Assembly: GCA_964016885.1 (NCBI GenBank) | Contig: OZ024743.1 | Coordinates: forward strand, 298,282,001 to 298,346,000 | Reading direction: 5' to 3' | From: Eledone cirrhosa | Taxonomy: Eukaryota | Length of the DNA stretch: 64,000 nt | In this document: in pieces, positions 28,665 through 41,099 of the stretch | Layout of the letters: every line of letters starts with the position of its first letter | How positions within the stretch are numbered: the first letter of the stretch is position 1 | The notes under the pieces: generated by a model | What the model was told of the DNA's origin: nothing | Database searches by the model: none | Seen by the model: the letters and a program-made list of their open reading frames with translations, nothing else | Position numbers and translations under genes: made by a program

Positions 28665-28892
28665 ACTTACATTTTCTTATCTTTTGCTTTTACTCTTTCT
28701 TCGTTTCTCCTGCGTTTATCGCTATTCGCTGGAGAAAAATGGCGCCAAACTTTTCCTTTTGAAAGAATAATGTGATTTGTCACGTGATTGTGTTCATGTG
28801 ATATTACCCTTAAATATGTGTATACGTATACACATATATACGAAAAGTTTGGCGCCATTTTTCTCGTATATACGTATTTTTTCCTTGTAAGT
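28665..28892. promoter_or_regulatory. Putative symmetric bidirectional promoter with divergent first exons
   Basis: Perfect 24-bp inverted repeat (28732-28755 / 28842-28865) containing YY1-type AAAATGGCG, a central TCACGTGA E-box (28780-28787), and outward-facing GTAAGT donors at 28670 (-) and 28887 (+). Confidence 0.6.
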
Positions 28893-28954
28893 TCGGAATA
28901 ATGATAAACTGGAATAATTCTAAAATCGGTAAACATTTTTATATTACTCAAATG

Positions 28955-29085
28955 ATGCTATTGAGCATCCTTTTCACACTTCCAGTATCGATGGAAAATG
29001 GTGAGAGTAGTTTCTCAAAGCTGAAGCTTATAAAATTTTAAATTCACTCTACAATGTTACAAGAGAGTTTTGTTGACTTGCATTT
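28955..29085 (+). pseudogene. hAT transposase C-terminal dimerisation-domain relic
   Basis: Translates GESSFSKLKLIKF*IHSTMLQES, matching the hAT consensus ERSFSKLKLIKxxLRSTMxQER. Confidence 0.75.
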
Positions 29086-29725
29086 TAAAGGATAATAAAG
29101 CGATTATTAATCATTGAAAGACTCAAAATAATAATACTATGGAATATTTTTACTGAGCCCGGTTAAGAGTATACTATTTTCCATTCCCGAGGGTATTCTC
29201 TTAAGTCGACTCGACTGTACCTGCGGGGCTAGACCGAGGGGGAGGGGAAAAGTCGGGTCCCATCACAATATTCCCGTTCCATGATAGAAAGGCCTCTTAA
29301 CCTGAGGGGCAAAGGTTGTTGTTGTTTAGTCCTAGGTTAGCCTTGACTAAACCACAGAATTCCATTATGATCGACGGTATTCCAGCCACGACCATCCCGT
29401 CGTTTTAGGTGTATCTAATAAGTACATTATCGGACATCGTGTTCTTTCTTAATATTTTTTTAAAGGTGGGTGGAAAGAATTGGCTGTATTTCTAGCAACC
29501 TGAGTGCCCACATAGTATGTGCATATGGGGGAGGGGTATGTTAAAGTAAGGGAGTACAAGTGTATGTGAAACATTTAACCATTTACATTATAAATTCAAA
29601 TGTGTGGGTAGTTCTTGGTGATCGAACGAAAGGAACCGATACAAGATCCATTAATTCTGTATAAGCCTATCAGAGGTTCATCGATATACCAACCATTGGT
29701 AAATATTCCAAGCACACACATACAT

Positions 29726-29808
<83 letters not shown>

Positions 29809-30025
29809 CGTACGTACACAGCATTCCCCTCACGAAGGGCGAGAGTGGCGATCGCAAACATATATACATATACACACAAACACATACACACCACAGGTAT
29901 ATATATATACGCAGAAACACACACATACAATAATGTCGAGTACTACGATTCTGGAGGAGCGAATGAGGGAGAAGATGAAGCTCTCTGCCGCAGAATAAAT
30001 GGTATATAATTTTAATAATAATACT

Positions 30026-30069
<44 letters not shown>

Positions 30070-30151
30070 CTTAATTGAATGGATTACCATTATCGTTTTT
30101 ATGGCAAAAGATAGACAGAGGGGGAAAGAGATAGACAGAGGGAAAGATTTT

Positions 30152-30226
<75 letters not shown>

Positions 30227-30587
30227 GATAGAAAGAAGAGAAACAAACGAGACCCTTAGAAAGGAATAAGAGTCATCAAAGCGATCATATGTATTGCTTT
30301 AAACTGTAATGCGAAGGGATACACTAGTATTTGAGGTACCATCATTTGGGATTTTAACCCTCGGACTTTTCCCTCCCTGTTTTGAAATTTAGAGAAATTT
30401 AGGGGTGACTGGGAATATTACATAATGTAGGGATTTTCTTTCCTTTTCTATAATTTCTTATTTATGTATTTATATATTTATTTATCTACTCTCGTGATTG
30501 ATATTCCGACAAATGTTAGGGGTATTTTTGTTTTTTTTATTATGTCAGGTATAGCATCTCCCTTCCCCCAATATATATATATGCAAA

Positions 30588-30667
30588 CACAGTGTCCCAA
30601 AAAATGTATACACACTTCAACAGCAAAGTAATCAAAGTGTGTATATATTTTGGAGGGGACACCGTGT
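30588..30667. mobile_element. Tiny Tc1/mariner-type MITE
   Basis: cagtgtcccaaaaaatgtatacacactt / aagtgtgtatatattttggaggggacaccgtg inverted repeats separated by ~17 bp. Confidence 0.65.
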
Positions 30668-31142
30668 GTATATATATATATGTGTGTGTATGTATGTGTA
30701 ACTAGTAAAACTGTAAAAACGCAGCGGTATATTCTAATTTGGCCCTTTTAAGGGCCACCTATATTTTCATTTAACTAACTCCACTTACATCTATATGCTT
30801 TAATAAAAAAAAACAAAAAAAACGCGTGAAAAAAAAAAATTTTCATTTAAGTAACTTCACTTACGCGTGGTAGTAATACAGAAATAAACGATGTTTTGCT
30901 TTCATCGGCTGCTTCGTCTGACAGCTAATAGCGTTGTAGTGCCAACATTTTTCTCTTTTTTTTTTCTTTCTTGTGCTATCAATTGATCTAACCTCCAAGA
31001 TGCTGGCAACCAATTTTTTTCGCCCGGGAGAATAGTTAAGAGAAGACGGATAAAAGAGAAAACGACTGTATTGGATGTGTTGTGTGGTATGAGATGAGGC
31101 CGTAATGTGTGAGTGTGTGTTAGACAAAACAAAACAAAAAAA

Positions 31143-31330
31143 TCATAAAACTTCCTTATTAGGCTGGGAGAGTAAACTGCTGATTAAATGGTAGCATTGG
31201 CCTTGGATTTTAAATGTGAAATAACCATAGTATGATTTTTTTTTAGCTCCAAAGAACATCATCTGAAACGCAGCAATATACTGCATAACATTGCTTCTGA
31301 AGTGTTTAACTTCGTTAGTACGGTCTGTAA
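31143..31330 (-). pseudogene. Helitron Rep/helicase N-terminal relic
   Basis: HFRSNVMQYIAAFQMMFFGA...FTFKIQGQCYHLISSLL matches the Helitron motif NIRxYNxAFQMTSFG...TFKIQGQVYHxIGSL. Confidence 0.75.
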
Positions 31331-31779
31331 GTAATATATGGGGAAACAAATTGATTGCAAACTTCTTGGAGGCTAGATTAGTTGATAAACACATAAAAAA
31401 AAAACGAGGAGAAAGAATTTTCTCCCACTGAAATCGAGTGGTATGTTCTATAATAATACCAAAAATTACTTCAACAACATCTTAATTTACATCTTTGAAG
31501 ATGTATCCGCAAAATTTCTTAAAAAAATATATATCGTTAAGAAAGAAACAAGGAAGCGAATTTGGGCTGGAGCAGAGACACTAAACTCTAGTTATACCAC
31601 CATGGCCCCTCTATTTGGGGTACTTTTTCATTTCCAGAGCCCCACGAAATGTGTCAAATATTTTTAGTGTGAATTGCACCATTCACTAGATTAACAGGAT
31701 TCAATGAAACTGAAGAAACCGGAAATAGAATAGTAAATCTAAAATTCAACATGCTAATACCGGAGAAATACTGCATGCA

Positions 31780-32480
31780 CACATGTAAATGTATGATTGA
31801 AAAGAAAAATGCATAGAAGTGGAGAATGCATGAAAGCATGCACAAGTGTTGTGGGCTCAAAGGTAGGCTGACAAGGAAGATAGACTTCATATGTGACGTG
31901 TGCTCAGTAGTAGTCAACAGTAAGGGTACTCAAGAAATGAACTTACTTAAATGTTCACTATAAATAGAAAACTTGTTATCTAGATGATCTGATTAGTAGT
32001 GGAGGTAAATATACTGAAAGTATTGTTACTTTAGTTAGAACAGAGTGGAAGAAGCCTTTTGTTGCTAACAGTTCCCGGGAAGTGTATATGATGCTAGTGT
32101 TCAAACTGCTTTGCTGCATAGTAGTGAGGTGTGAGCATTGAATGTAGAAGATACACGACAGCTAAAAAAAATGAGGCACCTTGTTTTATTGGATGCATAA
32201 TGTTAGTGAACTTGAAGATAGAACATAAGTGAACTGAGAAAAACGCTGAGTATTAGAGAAATCAAATATAGCATGCAAGCGAGATAATTACCCTGGTATG
32301 GTCTTGTGACATGGAAGGGGAGTGAGAGTTATATAGGAAAAGTGCCAAGTGCTTGAAGCAGCCAGAACCTGTGGCAGAGGTAGACCAATGATGATATGGG
32401 AAAAAGTTTGAAGAATGACCTTATGAAAGAGATGACACAAGATTGTGTTGAATGTCAACTGGCTGAACTAGAAAAGACAA
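31780..32480 (+). mobile_element. Old, decayed RTE 3' fragment
   Basis: Degenerate HKxCxG, YDA, WYG and GRGRP segments colinear with 14660-15385. Confidence 0.75.
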
Positions 32481-32941
32481 GCCCCACTAACAGGTACTAA
32501 CACTGTGAAGCTAAAAGTAAATGCTATGAGACCACAAGGAGTAAAGAGACACTGTTTAGTCGTCAGAATATTAGATAACCTCTATAGTGTTGTCATGATG
32601 GAACACTAGGTATGCACCTCATTTGTAAAGTGGTGGATGAACAGACCAAGTAGAGATGATCCTCTGGCTCTGTTGAGTACTTGATAACCTCTCTAATGTT
32701 GGTGCCATGATAGAATAAATGCACCCAGCTATAGAAACCATGCTAAGTATGTGCTAAATGTTATGGAACCAATCAAATCCTGGATAGTGCCAACCAGGCC
32801 AAACCACGCTAGCATAGAAAGCGGACATAAAATAATAGCACATACACACACAACTATATATATATATAATAAGTTGACAGGACTAGCATGAGTTTCACTG
32901 CTTGTACCGGTTGCATCATATATCAATCTGAATTCCTATTA

Positions 32942-33843
32942 TCTATATATATAAAACTGAGGATGTCTGTCTGTGTGTGTGTGAGTTTGAATCCCTAAAA
33001 CTAGAGAACCACCCAACCGACTGTTTTCAACTTTACACATGTAATACTTATGTTTCAGGGAGTGTTCTGAGCAAAAACATTTCAAATTTTCAATGCCCTA
33101 GGGACCACATTAGGTGATTTAGCGATCTCTCTCTATAATTCTTAGTCTTTCTCTTTTTAGATAGATACATACATATAACGCCGCGCCCTTATAATATCTG
33201 TTTGTATGTCTGGTTGTCTGCATTACGTCACTTCCCTGAGGATGTCTGTCTCTGTGTGTGTGTCTGTGAGTTTGAATCCCTAAATCTTGAGAAATACCCA
33301 ACCGACTTTTTTCAAACTTTACATGTGTATTACTTATGTTTCAGGGAGTGTTATGCACATAAAAAAAATTCAACTTTGTGATCCCCTAGGGACAGCATTA
33401 GGTGAAAAACTGCGTTATTTTAGGTTTTTAGGTTTTTTTTGAGGCGTTACGTCAGACTGATTTCTTTGAAATTGTAACTATGTATTAGTCAGTCTCTTCT
33501 TCATAATGTGAGCAAAGAAAATCCAACTTTTTTATGGCTTCATTTTTTCAACTTTTTAGGGCTTCTTTTGAGGCGTTTCGTCTAGCCGATTTTCCTGAAA
33601 TATCAAGGCATATTATGCACATAAAAAAAATTCATTTTCTTGATCCTCTAGGGCCTGCATTAAGTGAAAACCTGCATTTTTCCTGCTTCATCGAGTAAAA
33701 TCTTAAAGATTATCCAGCCATCAGCGTATTCAGTTTATTTTCTTTATATATTGTCTAGGCATGCAGTTTTTCCACGATTAGGTCTGTTGGCAGCCCGCGT
33801 TCCAAAATACCTTATCCCGTGCAACACCGCGTACCACTGCTAG
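32942..33843 (+). mobile_element. Non-autonomous Helitron
   Basis: 5' A|TCTATATATATAAAA; 3' GC-rich hairpin remnant followed by CTAG|T; internal tandem subrepeats; homologous to 49935-50872 and 50938-51774. Confidence 0.85.
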
Positions 33844-33878
33844 TATATATATATATAGTAACAACATAAGATAATTAT

Positions 33879-33939
33879 TTCATTTACCAGTGGTTTCTTG
33901 AAGGCAGATGTTATGTCTGTCTTCAGTCGTCAGAATGAA
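33879..33939 (-). ncRNA. Type I hammerhead ribozyme (family E)
   Basis: Minus strand: ttcatt-CTGACGA-c-tgaagacaga-cataaca-tctgccttca-a-GAAA-cca-c-tgg-TA-aatgaa. 6-bp stem I, 9/10-bp stem II, near-palindromic ACCACTGGT stem III, GUA triplet. Confidence 0.85.
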
Positions 33940-34000
33940 TAAATAACATGGTGTTTTTATTAAATATGGATTTGAAAACAAAATTTGGGAAATATTTTGT

Positions 34001-34340
34001 GGAGGGACATGGCTTAGTGGTTAGAGCATTGGTCTTGCAAGCGAAAGGTGAGTTCAATTCTCAGACCGGGTGATGTGTTGTTTCCTTGAGCAAGACACTT
34101 TATTTCACATTGCTCCAGTTTACTCAGCTGTAGAAATGAGATGATAGGGACTGGTGTCCCTATCATTCCACTGCAAAGTGGTCGTGGAGGTGCCACGGCA
34201 AAAAAAGCACCCAGAACTCACTGTAAATGAGGTTGGTGTTAGGAAGGGCATCCAGCTGTAGAAATCAAGCCAGAATGAGTTCCCGTCCCACCCTTGCAAG
34301 CAGGGAAAAAGCGGACGTAAAATGAAATGATGATGAATGA

Positions 34341-34343
<3 letters not shown>
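34001..34343 (+). mobile_element. tRNA-headed SINE with RTE-derived 3' tail
   Basis: A box tggcttagtgg, B box gagttcaattc, central ccttgagcaagacactt. The 3' ggtgttaggaagggcatccagctgtagaaa...ggacgtaaa(atg)n is shared with the RTE 3'UTR. Confidence 0.88.
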
Positions 34344-34379
<36 letters not shown>

Positions 34380-34441
34380 TATATCTATATATGTATACAA
34401 TGATATTAAATAAATGGAAACTATATTTATAAACCCATATT

Positions 34442-34502
34442 TATTCTATTATACATATTTCAAGGGTACTAAAATTTTGGTATGCTATCATCAGATAAAA
34501 TA
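34442..34502 (-). ncRNA. Hammerhead fold (family D)
   Basis: Minus strand: tattttat-CTGATGA-tagcataccaaaattttagtaccctt-GAAA-tatgta-TA-atagaata. 8-bp stem I, imperfect stem II, AUA triplet. Confidence 0.65.
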
Positions 34503-34845
34503 CAAAATGTTTTATAAATATTTGACATAACCAAGGATAATATACCTTAACGGTTCAAGTTACCCTGGAAAGTATATATATGTATTTATATTTATTTTTA
34601 TATATATAGATATATGTGTGTGTGTTTGTATGTGTGTATAGGTATATATATATATATATATACATATCATGTGTATTTGTTTAATTTTAAGTTGTTTGTA
34701 TGACTCAAGACAGACATAACATCTGCCTTCAAGAAACCACTGGTAAATGAAATAATTATCTTATGTTGTTTATTACATAGCTAATAAGCTCTGTAGCCTA
34801 CATAGAGCACTCTTTTTTCCTGTACCTTTCCGACAGAAATACTTC

Positions 34846-34919
<74 letters not shown>

Positions 34920-35140
34920 ATAAGTTTGAAGAACACTCAGACAAAATATATTCAATTTTTCTTCCCCTTAGTCTAGAAATTAACTAGATAAATAATCATT
35001 TAAACGGAGCTAAGTTTAAAATGTAACTTTGAAGAAATAGCAGATAAATGTCACAGACTATCCCCTGTGAGGAACAGTCAGATAAAATTTACCGAGTCAT
35101 TCTTAGCCCGTAGAAATTAACTAGACAAATAATCAATTAA

Positions 35141-35350
35141 CTCTTTAGCATTTACATTACTCTATATATACTATTATATTTTCATGGTAAAGGCTTTACC
35201 TCGCATAATTATCTCACATAATATCAAATCTATGAGATTTTGAAAATATTTATTTTGAGAACAATACCTTAACATCAGTTTGAGCGACCGGTTACAGCCA
35301 GTTACAACAGAAAGAGGTAAAGAATTTTGGCTGGTTTGAACATTAAAGGG
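35141..35350. mobile_element. piggyBac-type MITE with TTAA target duplication
   Basis: TTAA-ctctttag...ttaaaggg-TTAA. The empty site aataatcatTTAAacggagctaag is visible in the neighbouring tandem unit at ~34991-35014. Confidence 0.8.
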
Positions 35351-35571
35351 TTAAACGGAGCTAAGTCTAAAATGCAAGTTTGAAGAAAAAATGTATATAA
35401 ACTTTACCAAAGTTCTTCTAGTCCCGACTGTCGATAGTTTCGCTCGTACTTTGTGGATATGTCCAATCCTGGTATTATCCATGAGGCTTCAAGCTTCTCA
35501 AGAGGACTAACATTTCTACAGCGATCGCCGCCAGAAATGAATTCAAAAGGGGTAAGAATCATCACGTGGCT

Positions 35572-37250
35572 AGCGGTCACTCTCTGTCTGGTTGAAGCTC
35601 TGCCCCAGCCACAAGTTTCTTCAGTAGCCTGCAGTAAGCTGTCACGTACGAAATTCCAGTTATTATCTGTCATATGACTCTAAATTGTCTTCTTTTTCGT
35701 CATGCACATCTTGAAGGGCTTTCCTAAATTTATATTTTAGTGAAAGGCTTTTTAGCTTCCAGACCTTTCTTTTCCACATCTTCCTGTATGTCTCATTCTT
35801 TCTCTTGCTTACTGAGATGTCACTAACGATTAACCTATGCTGTGGGGTATACTCTTCCCTTGGATATGCCTTAGTATTTGACACCATCTGTCTGTCTCGC
35901 TGTCTAACTAGCAGGAAGTCAATCTGGGTTATGTGCTCACCTGATTTGTAGGTTATTAGGTGGTTGGTAGGTTTCTGGAAGTTAGTGTTGCAAATGGTTA
36001 GTGCAGATGATGATGATGATGACGATCATGATGATGACTTGCATCACAAAATTCAAGAAGCTTCACTCCTTCATTTCTTGAGCCGTAACCATGCCCACCA
36101 TGTACCCCAGTGTAATCATCCTGGAGCTGTCCAACATGACCATTGAAGTCCGCTGCTAGCATAACGATGTCTCCGTCCTCTGTCATTGAGGCTGTTTGTA
36201 AAAGTTGCTCATAAAAGCAGTCTTTCTCTTCTTTACCTAGGCCTGCCTGGGGATCATAGGCAGAGATGATTGTCAGTAGTCTCTTGCCTACAACTAATCT
36301 AAGCTTAATTATTCTATTACTAACTCGAACTACCTCTATTGTCTATCGATCCATCTCTCAGTCAGTAATATGCCTACCCCACCTAACCCATCATCATTAC
36401 CCACCCAGAAAAGCTTATAACTAAGATGTTTGCCTGTGATTAGTCTTGCACAGACACCTCTCCATCTCACCTCTTGCACGCAGCACACCTCCACATGCCT
36501 TGGCTCCAGCATCTCCGCTATTTCACCAGATCTACCTGTTAGAGTGCCAACATTAAGTGTGGCAACTCTGAGATGTGACGCCTTCATATTCTTGTTCTTT
36601 TTCCTGTTGTGCGATTGCTTGATGACGGTCGGGGGGTTCTCGCACATGGCCTCACCAGCCACCCCACTATCGTGCGCAGCCCTAACATGGTTAGTATTAT
36701 TGCTGTTTACGCAGTTGTTGTTGTGCGATTGCTTGATGACAGTCCGGGGGTTCTCACACATGGCCGCACCAGCCACCCAGCTACCGTGCACAGCCCTAAC
36801 ACGGTTAGTGTTATTGCTGTTTAGACAGTTGAAATTCTCATTTGTTCTGCTCATAGTTTTTGGCAGTAGTATATATACTGGTTGGATGCCATTCCTAACA
36901 CCAGCACCACTTTACAGCATGGACTGGGTGCTTTTATTCGTGCCACCAGCACTAGAGAGGTTGTCTTACTGGACTCAGGGGCCCTCTTTACCCCTCCATT
37001 TTACAGCATGGACTAGGTGCTTTTATTCGTGCCACCAGCACTAGGGAAGTTGTCTTAGTGGACTTAGGGGACTTCTCTACCCTGCACCAATTTATTCGGA
37101 GTGGTAGCTCGCCTAGGCGGGTTGCCTACACTGCAGTTTATGGAGCCTCCGTCTGCCCCTTGTCTGTCCTATGATATATTCACGAGGGAGTGGTTATCAT
37201 ACAGCGTCAGGCATGTATACTGAACGTGATTGTTATTTTTGGTTAACTCT
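35572..37250 (-). mobile_element. RTE-clade LINE 5' half (APE domain), second family, decayed
   Basis: LRVATLNVGTLTGRS..CCVQEVRWRG, ADFNGHVG, HGGHGYGSRN, QIDF, QHRL. Also a 114-bp tandem duplication in the N-terminus, a 5'UTR tandem repeat at ~36905-37075, and a (gat)n insert at ~36006-36037. Confidence 0.88.
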
Positions 37251-37415
37251 GAAGTCAGCTTTGATGGAACATTAATAGATTTATAGCCTAGCTCTCCCAT
37301 TTCCAGCTGTCATGGTCCGCCAGGTTTTTTTATATTTACTTTTTCCAGTGTATTTAGAAAAACAATATCCAATGTGTCCTGCTGTCTTTAAAACAGTTGG
37401 GCGTGACCTCATAAA

Positions 37416-37826
37416 CTATAGTTCCGCTGTGAGAAGGGTTCAGTGCAGCCAGCACTTGCGCTGTAAGAAGGGTTTGGTGTGGCTAACTGGCCTGTCCCTC
37501 CTCATAGTGGTACTATCCAGTTCCAGGCTCCCAAACTGTGGTTCCATTGTGAGAAGGCTTTGGCGTGGCCAACAGGCTTTTCCCTTCACGTAGCAGTGCC
37601 ATCCAGTTCCACACTGTAAACGTGGTTGCAACATTAACTAGTTCCACTGTGAGAAGGGTTCGGCATAGTCGACTGTCCTGTTCCTCCTCTTAGCACTGCC
37701 ATGTGGCACCTGAACTGGAGGTCTGCTGTGGGAAAGGGTTGGCAAAGCCAACTGGCTTGTCTCTCCTCATAGAGGTGCCATCCAGTTCCACACTCTAAAC
37801 GTGACTGCAGCTCCCAAACTGTGGTA
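37416..37826. repeat. Degenerate tandem repeat (two ~200-bp units, each with two subunits)
   Basis: Variants of gttcc(a/g)ctgtgagaagggtt recur at ~37421, 37541, 37641 and 37721; gtgccatccagttccacact occurs twice. Confidence 0.7.
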
Positions 37827-38356
37827 GCCATTTCACTAACAATTCTTGCTTCTCTATGTCTCTTTGTTCTGATCAGAAGAAAGATGACAAAATGCATTGT
37901 GTCTGTGTATTTGTGTTTGTAAAGATTTATTAATATACAAACACACATGGTATATTATAGTTGGTTGTTATATGGTGTTAGGAAGGGCATTTAACTGTAG
38001 TAAACCTGCCAAATATAGATTTAAGAGAAATCTCAGTTGTGTTAAGGACATGATAACCTCACATGTGCTGGTGCCCCAAACAAATGCACCCTGTACACTA
38101 TAAGCAAGATGCTGGCCTCCAGTTTATGCATTGACTTTGTCTGTTATGATTCATCTAACCCTTGCTATCAGACAGTAAATGACAATGATGATGAAGTTTC
38201 AGAGTTCTAATCCTGAAAATTGTGCTTAAGCAAAATATATATTACATATATTCAGTAATGTGTTTGACAACCTATCTAACCCTTCCAAACATGGAAAAAT
38301 AGATGTTAAATGATGATGATGATCTTTTTTATCAGTTACTTCCATTGCTATTATAG

Positions 38357-38514
38357 GTTGCTACATCAGAACCTGAGTTAAATGAAGATGAAATACCTAG
38401 CAAAAAGAAGCGGTCCACATCTGGCACAGTGCCTACACTTAGGAGCCCATATTCACCATCTCCAGCTACCTCCAACCAAACAAAACAGAAACAGAATGCC
38501 AGGAAGAAATATAA
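38357..38514 (+). CDS. BTB-domain gene, internal coding exon A (VATSEPELNEDEIPSKKKRS...)
   Basis: ttatag| acceptor, |gtatga donor, open frame, phase 2 matches the next exon, NLS-like PSKKKR. Confidence 0.7.
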
Positions 38515-38629
38515 GTATGAAAAAGCCTTCATTGATAGATAAGTTGTTTTTGTCATCACTTTTCTGGGGTTTTTGTTTTTCCATAATCTCTTTTTTTTAA
38601 AAAACTTTTTTCACTTCAATGTATTTCAG

Positions 38630-38921
38630 GCAGAGTATTAGTGGTGACAATGTTTCTGATATGGTTGATAAGTCATCTGAAATTCCTACTCAAATTTCTT
38701 CCCCGAATTCTATTTCTGAAAACGAGGAAGCAGGAAATCTAGTACAGACAGTTCAATTTTCAACTCCTTCAGTTCAGAATGTTGTTTCTCAGCCGCCTAT
38801 TAATGAACAACTTTCTAAGGAAGCACTCTTTCTTCGTGTCCAGAAAAGATCCGAACTGGCTTCGGGATGGAAGAAAGGAAACTTGTGTGATTCTGGTGTT
38901 GGGAATTCATCCACAGTGACG
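38630..38921 (+). CDS. BTB-domain gene, exon B
   Basis: tttcag| acceptor, |gtatgt donor, open frame (ORF 38619-38933), phases 2 and 0. Confidence 0.75.
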
Positions 38922-39129
38922 GTATGTTTATGAAACTTTAATTAAATTTAATCTCATGATCGCTATCATCTACTTATCTCTTGCTGTGGCTTTGTTGGGT
39001 ATGTTTGAACAAATTTGTAGTTAGATTTATTTTGGTGTATGGAAAATTTGGTGATGAGTACATTGAAGGTGGATAGAATATTCAGTTCGTTTGAATTACT
39101 ATGGTAGGGGAATTGATTTTTGTATCTGG

Positions 39130-39413
39130 TATGGATTGAGAAGAGGAATCCTAAGTGGTGTGCAAGAGAGAAGACTGCATTGGTATAGACATGTGATGCA
39201 CATAGATGATGATCACTGGGTAAAGAAGTGCCAAGAAATCCCAGTGGTAGTAAGCCACAGCAGAGGTAGACCAAAAAAGAACTGGACAGAGGTGGAGAGA
39301 GCTGATTTCAAGTCACTGAGATTCACAGGGGTGATGAGTGGAGAAATGCTGTGCTGAAAAGGACCTGTCCAACCCATGCGAGTGTGGAAAAATGCATGTA
39401 AAAATGATGATGA
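39130..39413 (+). mobile_element. RTE 3' fragment
   Basis: ERRLHWYRHVM..RGRPKKNW, then cccatgc..gtggaaaa..(atg)n. Confidence 0.8.
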
Positions 39414-39679
39414 GTTGGGTTGGTAACAAAAACATTAAAATCTCTTTATCATCACTGTTTATAATCATCTGTCCAGCTTACTACTATAATATTTGATTAG
39501 TTTCTACATTCAGTAATGATTTAGTTGTTTAGACCTTATATCTACTAGCAGAAAAACCGGCCACGGGGCAGTTTTCTGCTAGCATATGTAGTGTGCATAT
39601 TGGTATTATACGCAAATATATATGCATATCGATATATGTAAATTGAAAAGTAAATTGACAATATCTTCACCCACTTATT

Positions 39680-40295
39680 TCTGAGAGAGGCGTGGAGGCA
39701 TAGTCCTTCTCAAACACTCCTTCCAGCGAGTCTGTCAGTAGCAAACATCTCTAACTGATCCAGCTGGATCCCAAAGCGTGACCAGCCAAGCTCATGGATG
39801 TTATCCAACTATCCTGCTCTGAGTCTCTTGCCGGTTGGTTTAGCCTGTAAAATGTGTCCAGCGATTCTTTACTGAGACATTTTAAACACATGCTCATAAT
39901 ATCGGAGTTGTGATCTCTCAATTCGAAGAAGTAGCGGCTCTACCAGGAGTGATTCTCTGGTCTCTGAGTTATGTACTTTATCGAGTAACACTACTCCAAA
40001 GACCCTTCGGAGGAATCCTATTTCTGCCACTTTTATTTGCAATTGTATTCTTTTAGCCATTACTCAAGATTCATGATCCTCGGTAAGAGTTGGCAGGAAT
40101 ACCAGGAAGTCAGCGAGTTTGGCTTTTACACCTATCCCTCTTCTTCTGATTGCTGAATGCTGAGGCTGGCGCATTACTGCATCAGCTTTTGCAATTCTTG
40201 CACTTAATTCAGCCTCTTGCATTCCATTACTCATGAACAGGGCTACAAGATACTTGAACTTCTCTAACTGCTTCAGTAGAACTCCATTCACATGT
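39680..40295 (-). mobile_element. Decayed RTE 3' fragment (third family)
   Basis: KFKYL..RIAKA and EIGFLRRVFGV..EPLLLRIERSQLRYYEHV. Confidence 0.8.
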
Positions 40296-40494
40296 ATATA
40301 AATTTGAGCGACTTCTGTCCACCCGTCTATCACGCAATGTGTATTTGTGTTTGTGTGAATGTATGTGTGTGTAAAAGGAAGGAAAGGGATACACACATAC
40401 ATATGTCTAACTTAAAAACAGTGATACATGTCTCTAATTTAAGAACGCCGACAAACTCACGCGTGCGCACATACACACACTGTCCTATTACCAC

Positions 40495-40750
40495 TTAAGA
40501 GCTTTGGCCTAGGCAAACATCCCCTTAATTTTGGAACCGTCTGGGTTGTCCTGAATTAATGGGAAAAGACTTGATGTTCTTACTCTGTGCTCCTGGTCAA
40601 GAGGCAGGTACCTTATCTGGGACATCACAGTTAATGACTCTTTTGCTTCTTCCCACATCCTGGATGCAGCGGTAAGGGCGAGAGCTACAGCATCCGCAGC
40701 TGAATGGAACAAAATCCTAAAATACCATGTTCTGTTAACTAAATACATTA
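40495..40750 (+). pseudogene. CRE-clade restriction-like endonuclease relic
   Basis: Translates RALA*ANIPLILEPSGLS*INGKRLDVLTLCSWSRGRYLIWDITVNDSFA..AAEWNKILKY, matching the CRE-type EPxGLxRxDGKRPDG..W..G..WDVT motif. Confidence 0.75.
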
Positions 40751-41099
40751 TCCAGCCTATGTGATCTTAGATGTGTGTATTACGTGCTTGTGTATTTTTT
40801 TCTCTTTCTTTTTTCCTTTCCCTTTCCTTTGTATATATTATATTTGTTAGTGTTTTCGTTCTGTAACCATTATATTAAATGAGTTTTTAAAAAAAGAGTT
40901 AATGAATGAATAAAATGTTATATTTGTTTTACCCTCCCATTTACAATTCACCGAATGCTGCTATCTTAACTGTATGTGTGTGAATGTATGTCCTTGAGCG
41001 TGTATTTTTATAAGTTTGTGTTTGCGCAATTATAATTATATACTCATAATAGTTATATACTCATACATACAGATGTATGTAGGTGCACATACACATAGA

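Noticed and set aside
29933-30001. Possible first coding exon of the BTB gene
   Set aside because: Purine-rich and open in one frame, but it has no clear acceptor, a weak donor and a phase that does not match 38357.
32550-32580. Minus-strand CTGACGA (and CTGATGA at ~60103)
   Set aside because: No stem II or GAAA follows.
34001-34075. tRNA gene
   Set aside because: A and B boxes are present but there is no complete cloverleaf; it continues into a SINE body and tail, with a second copy at 50377.
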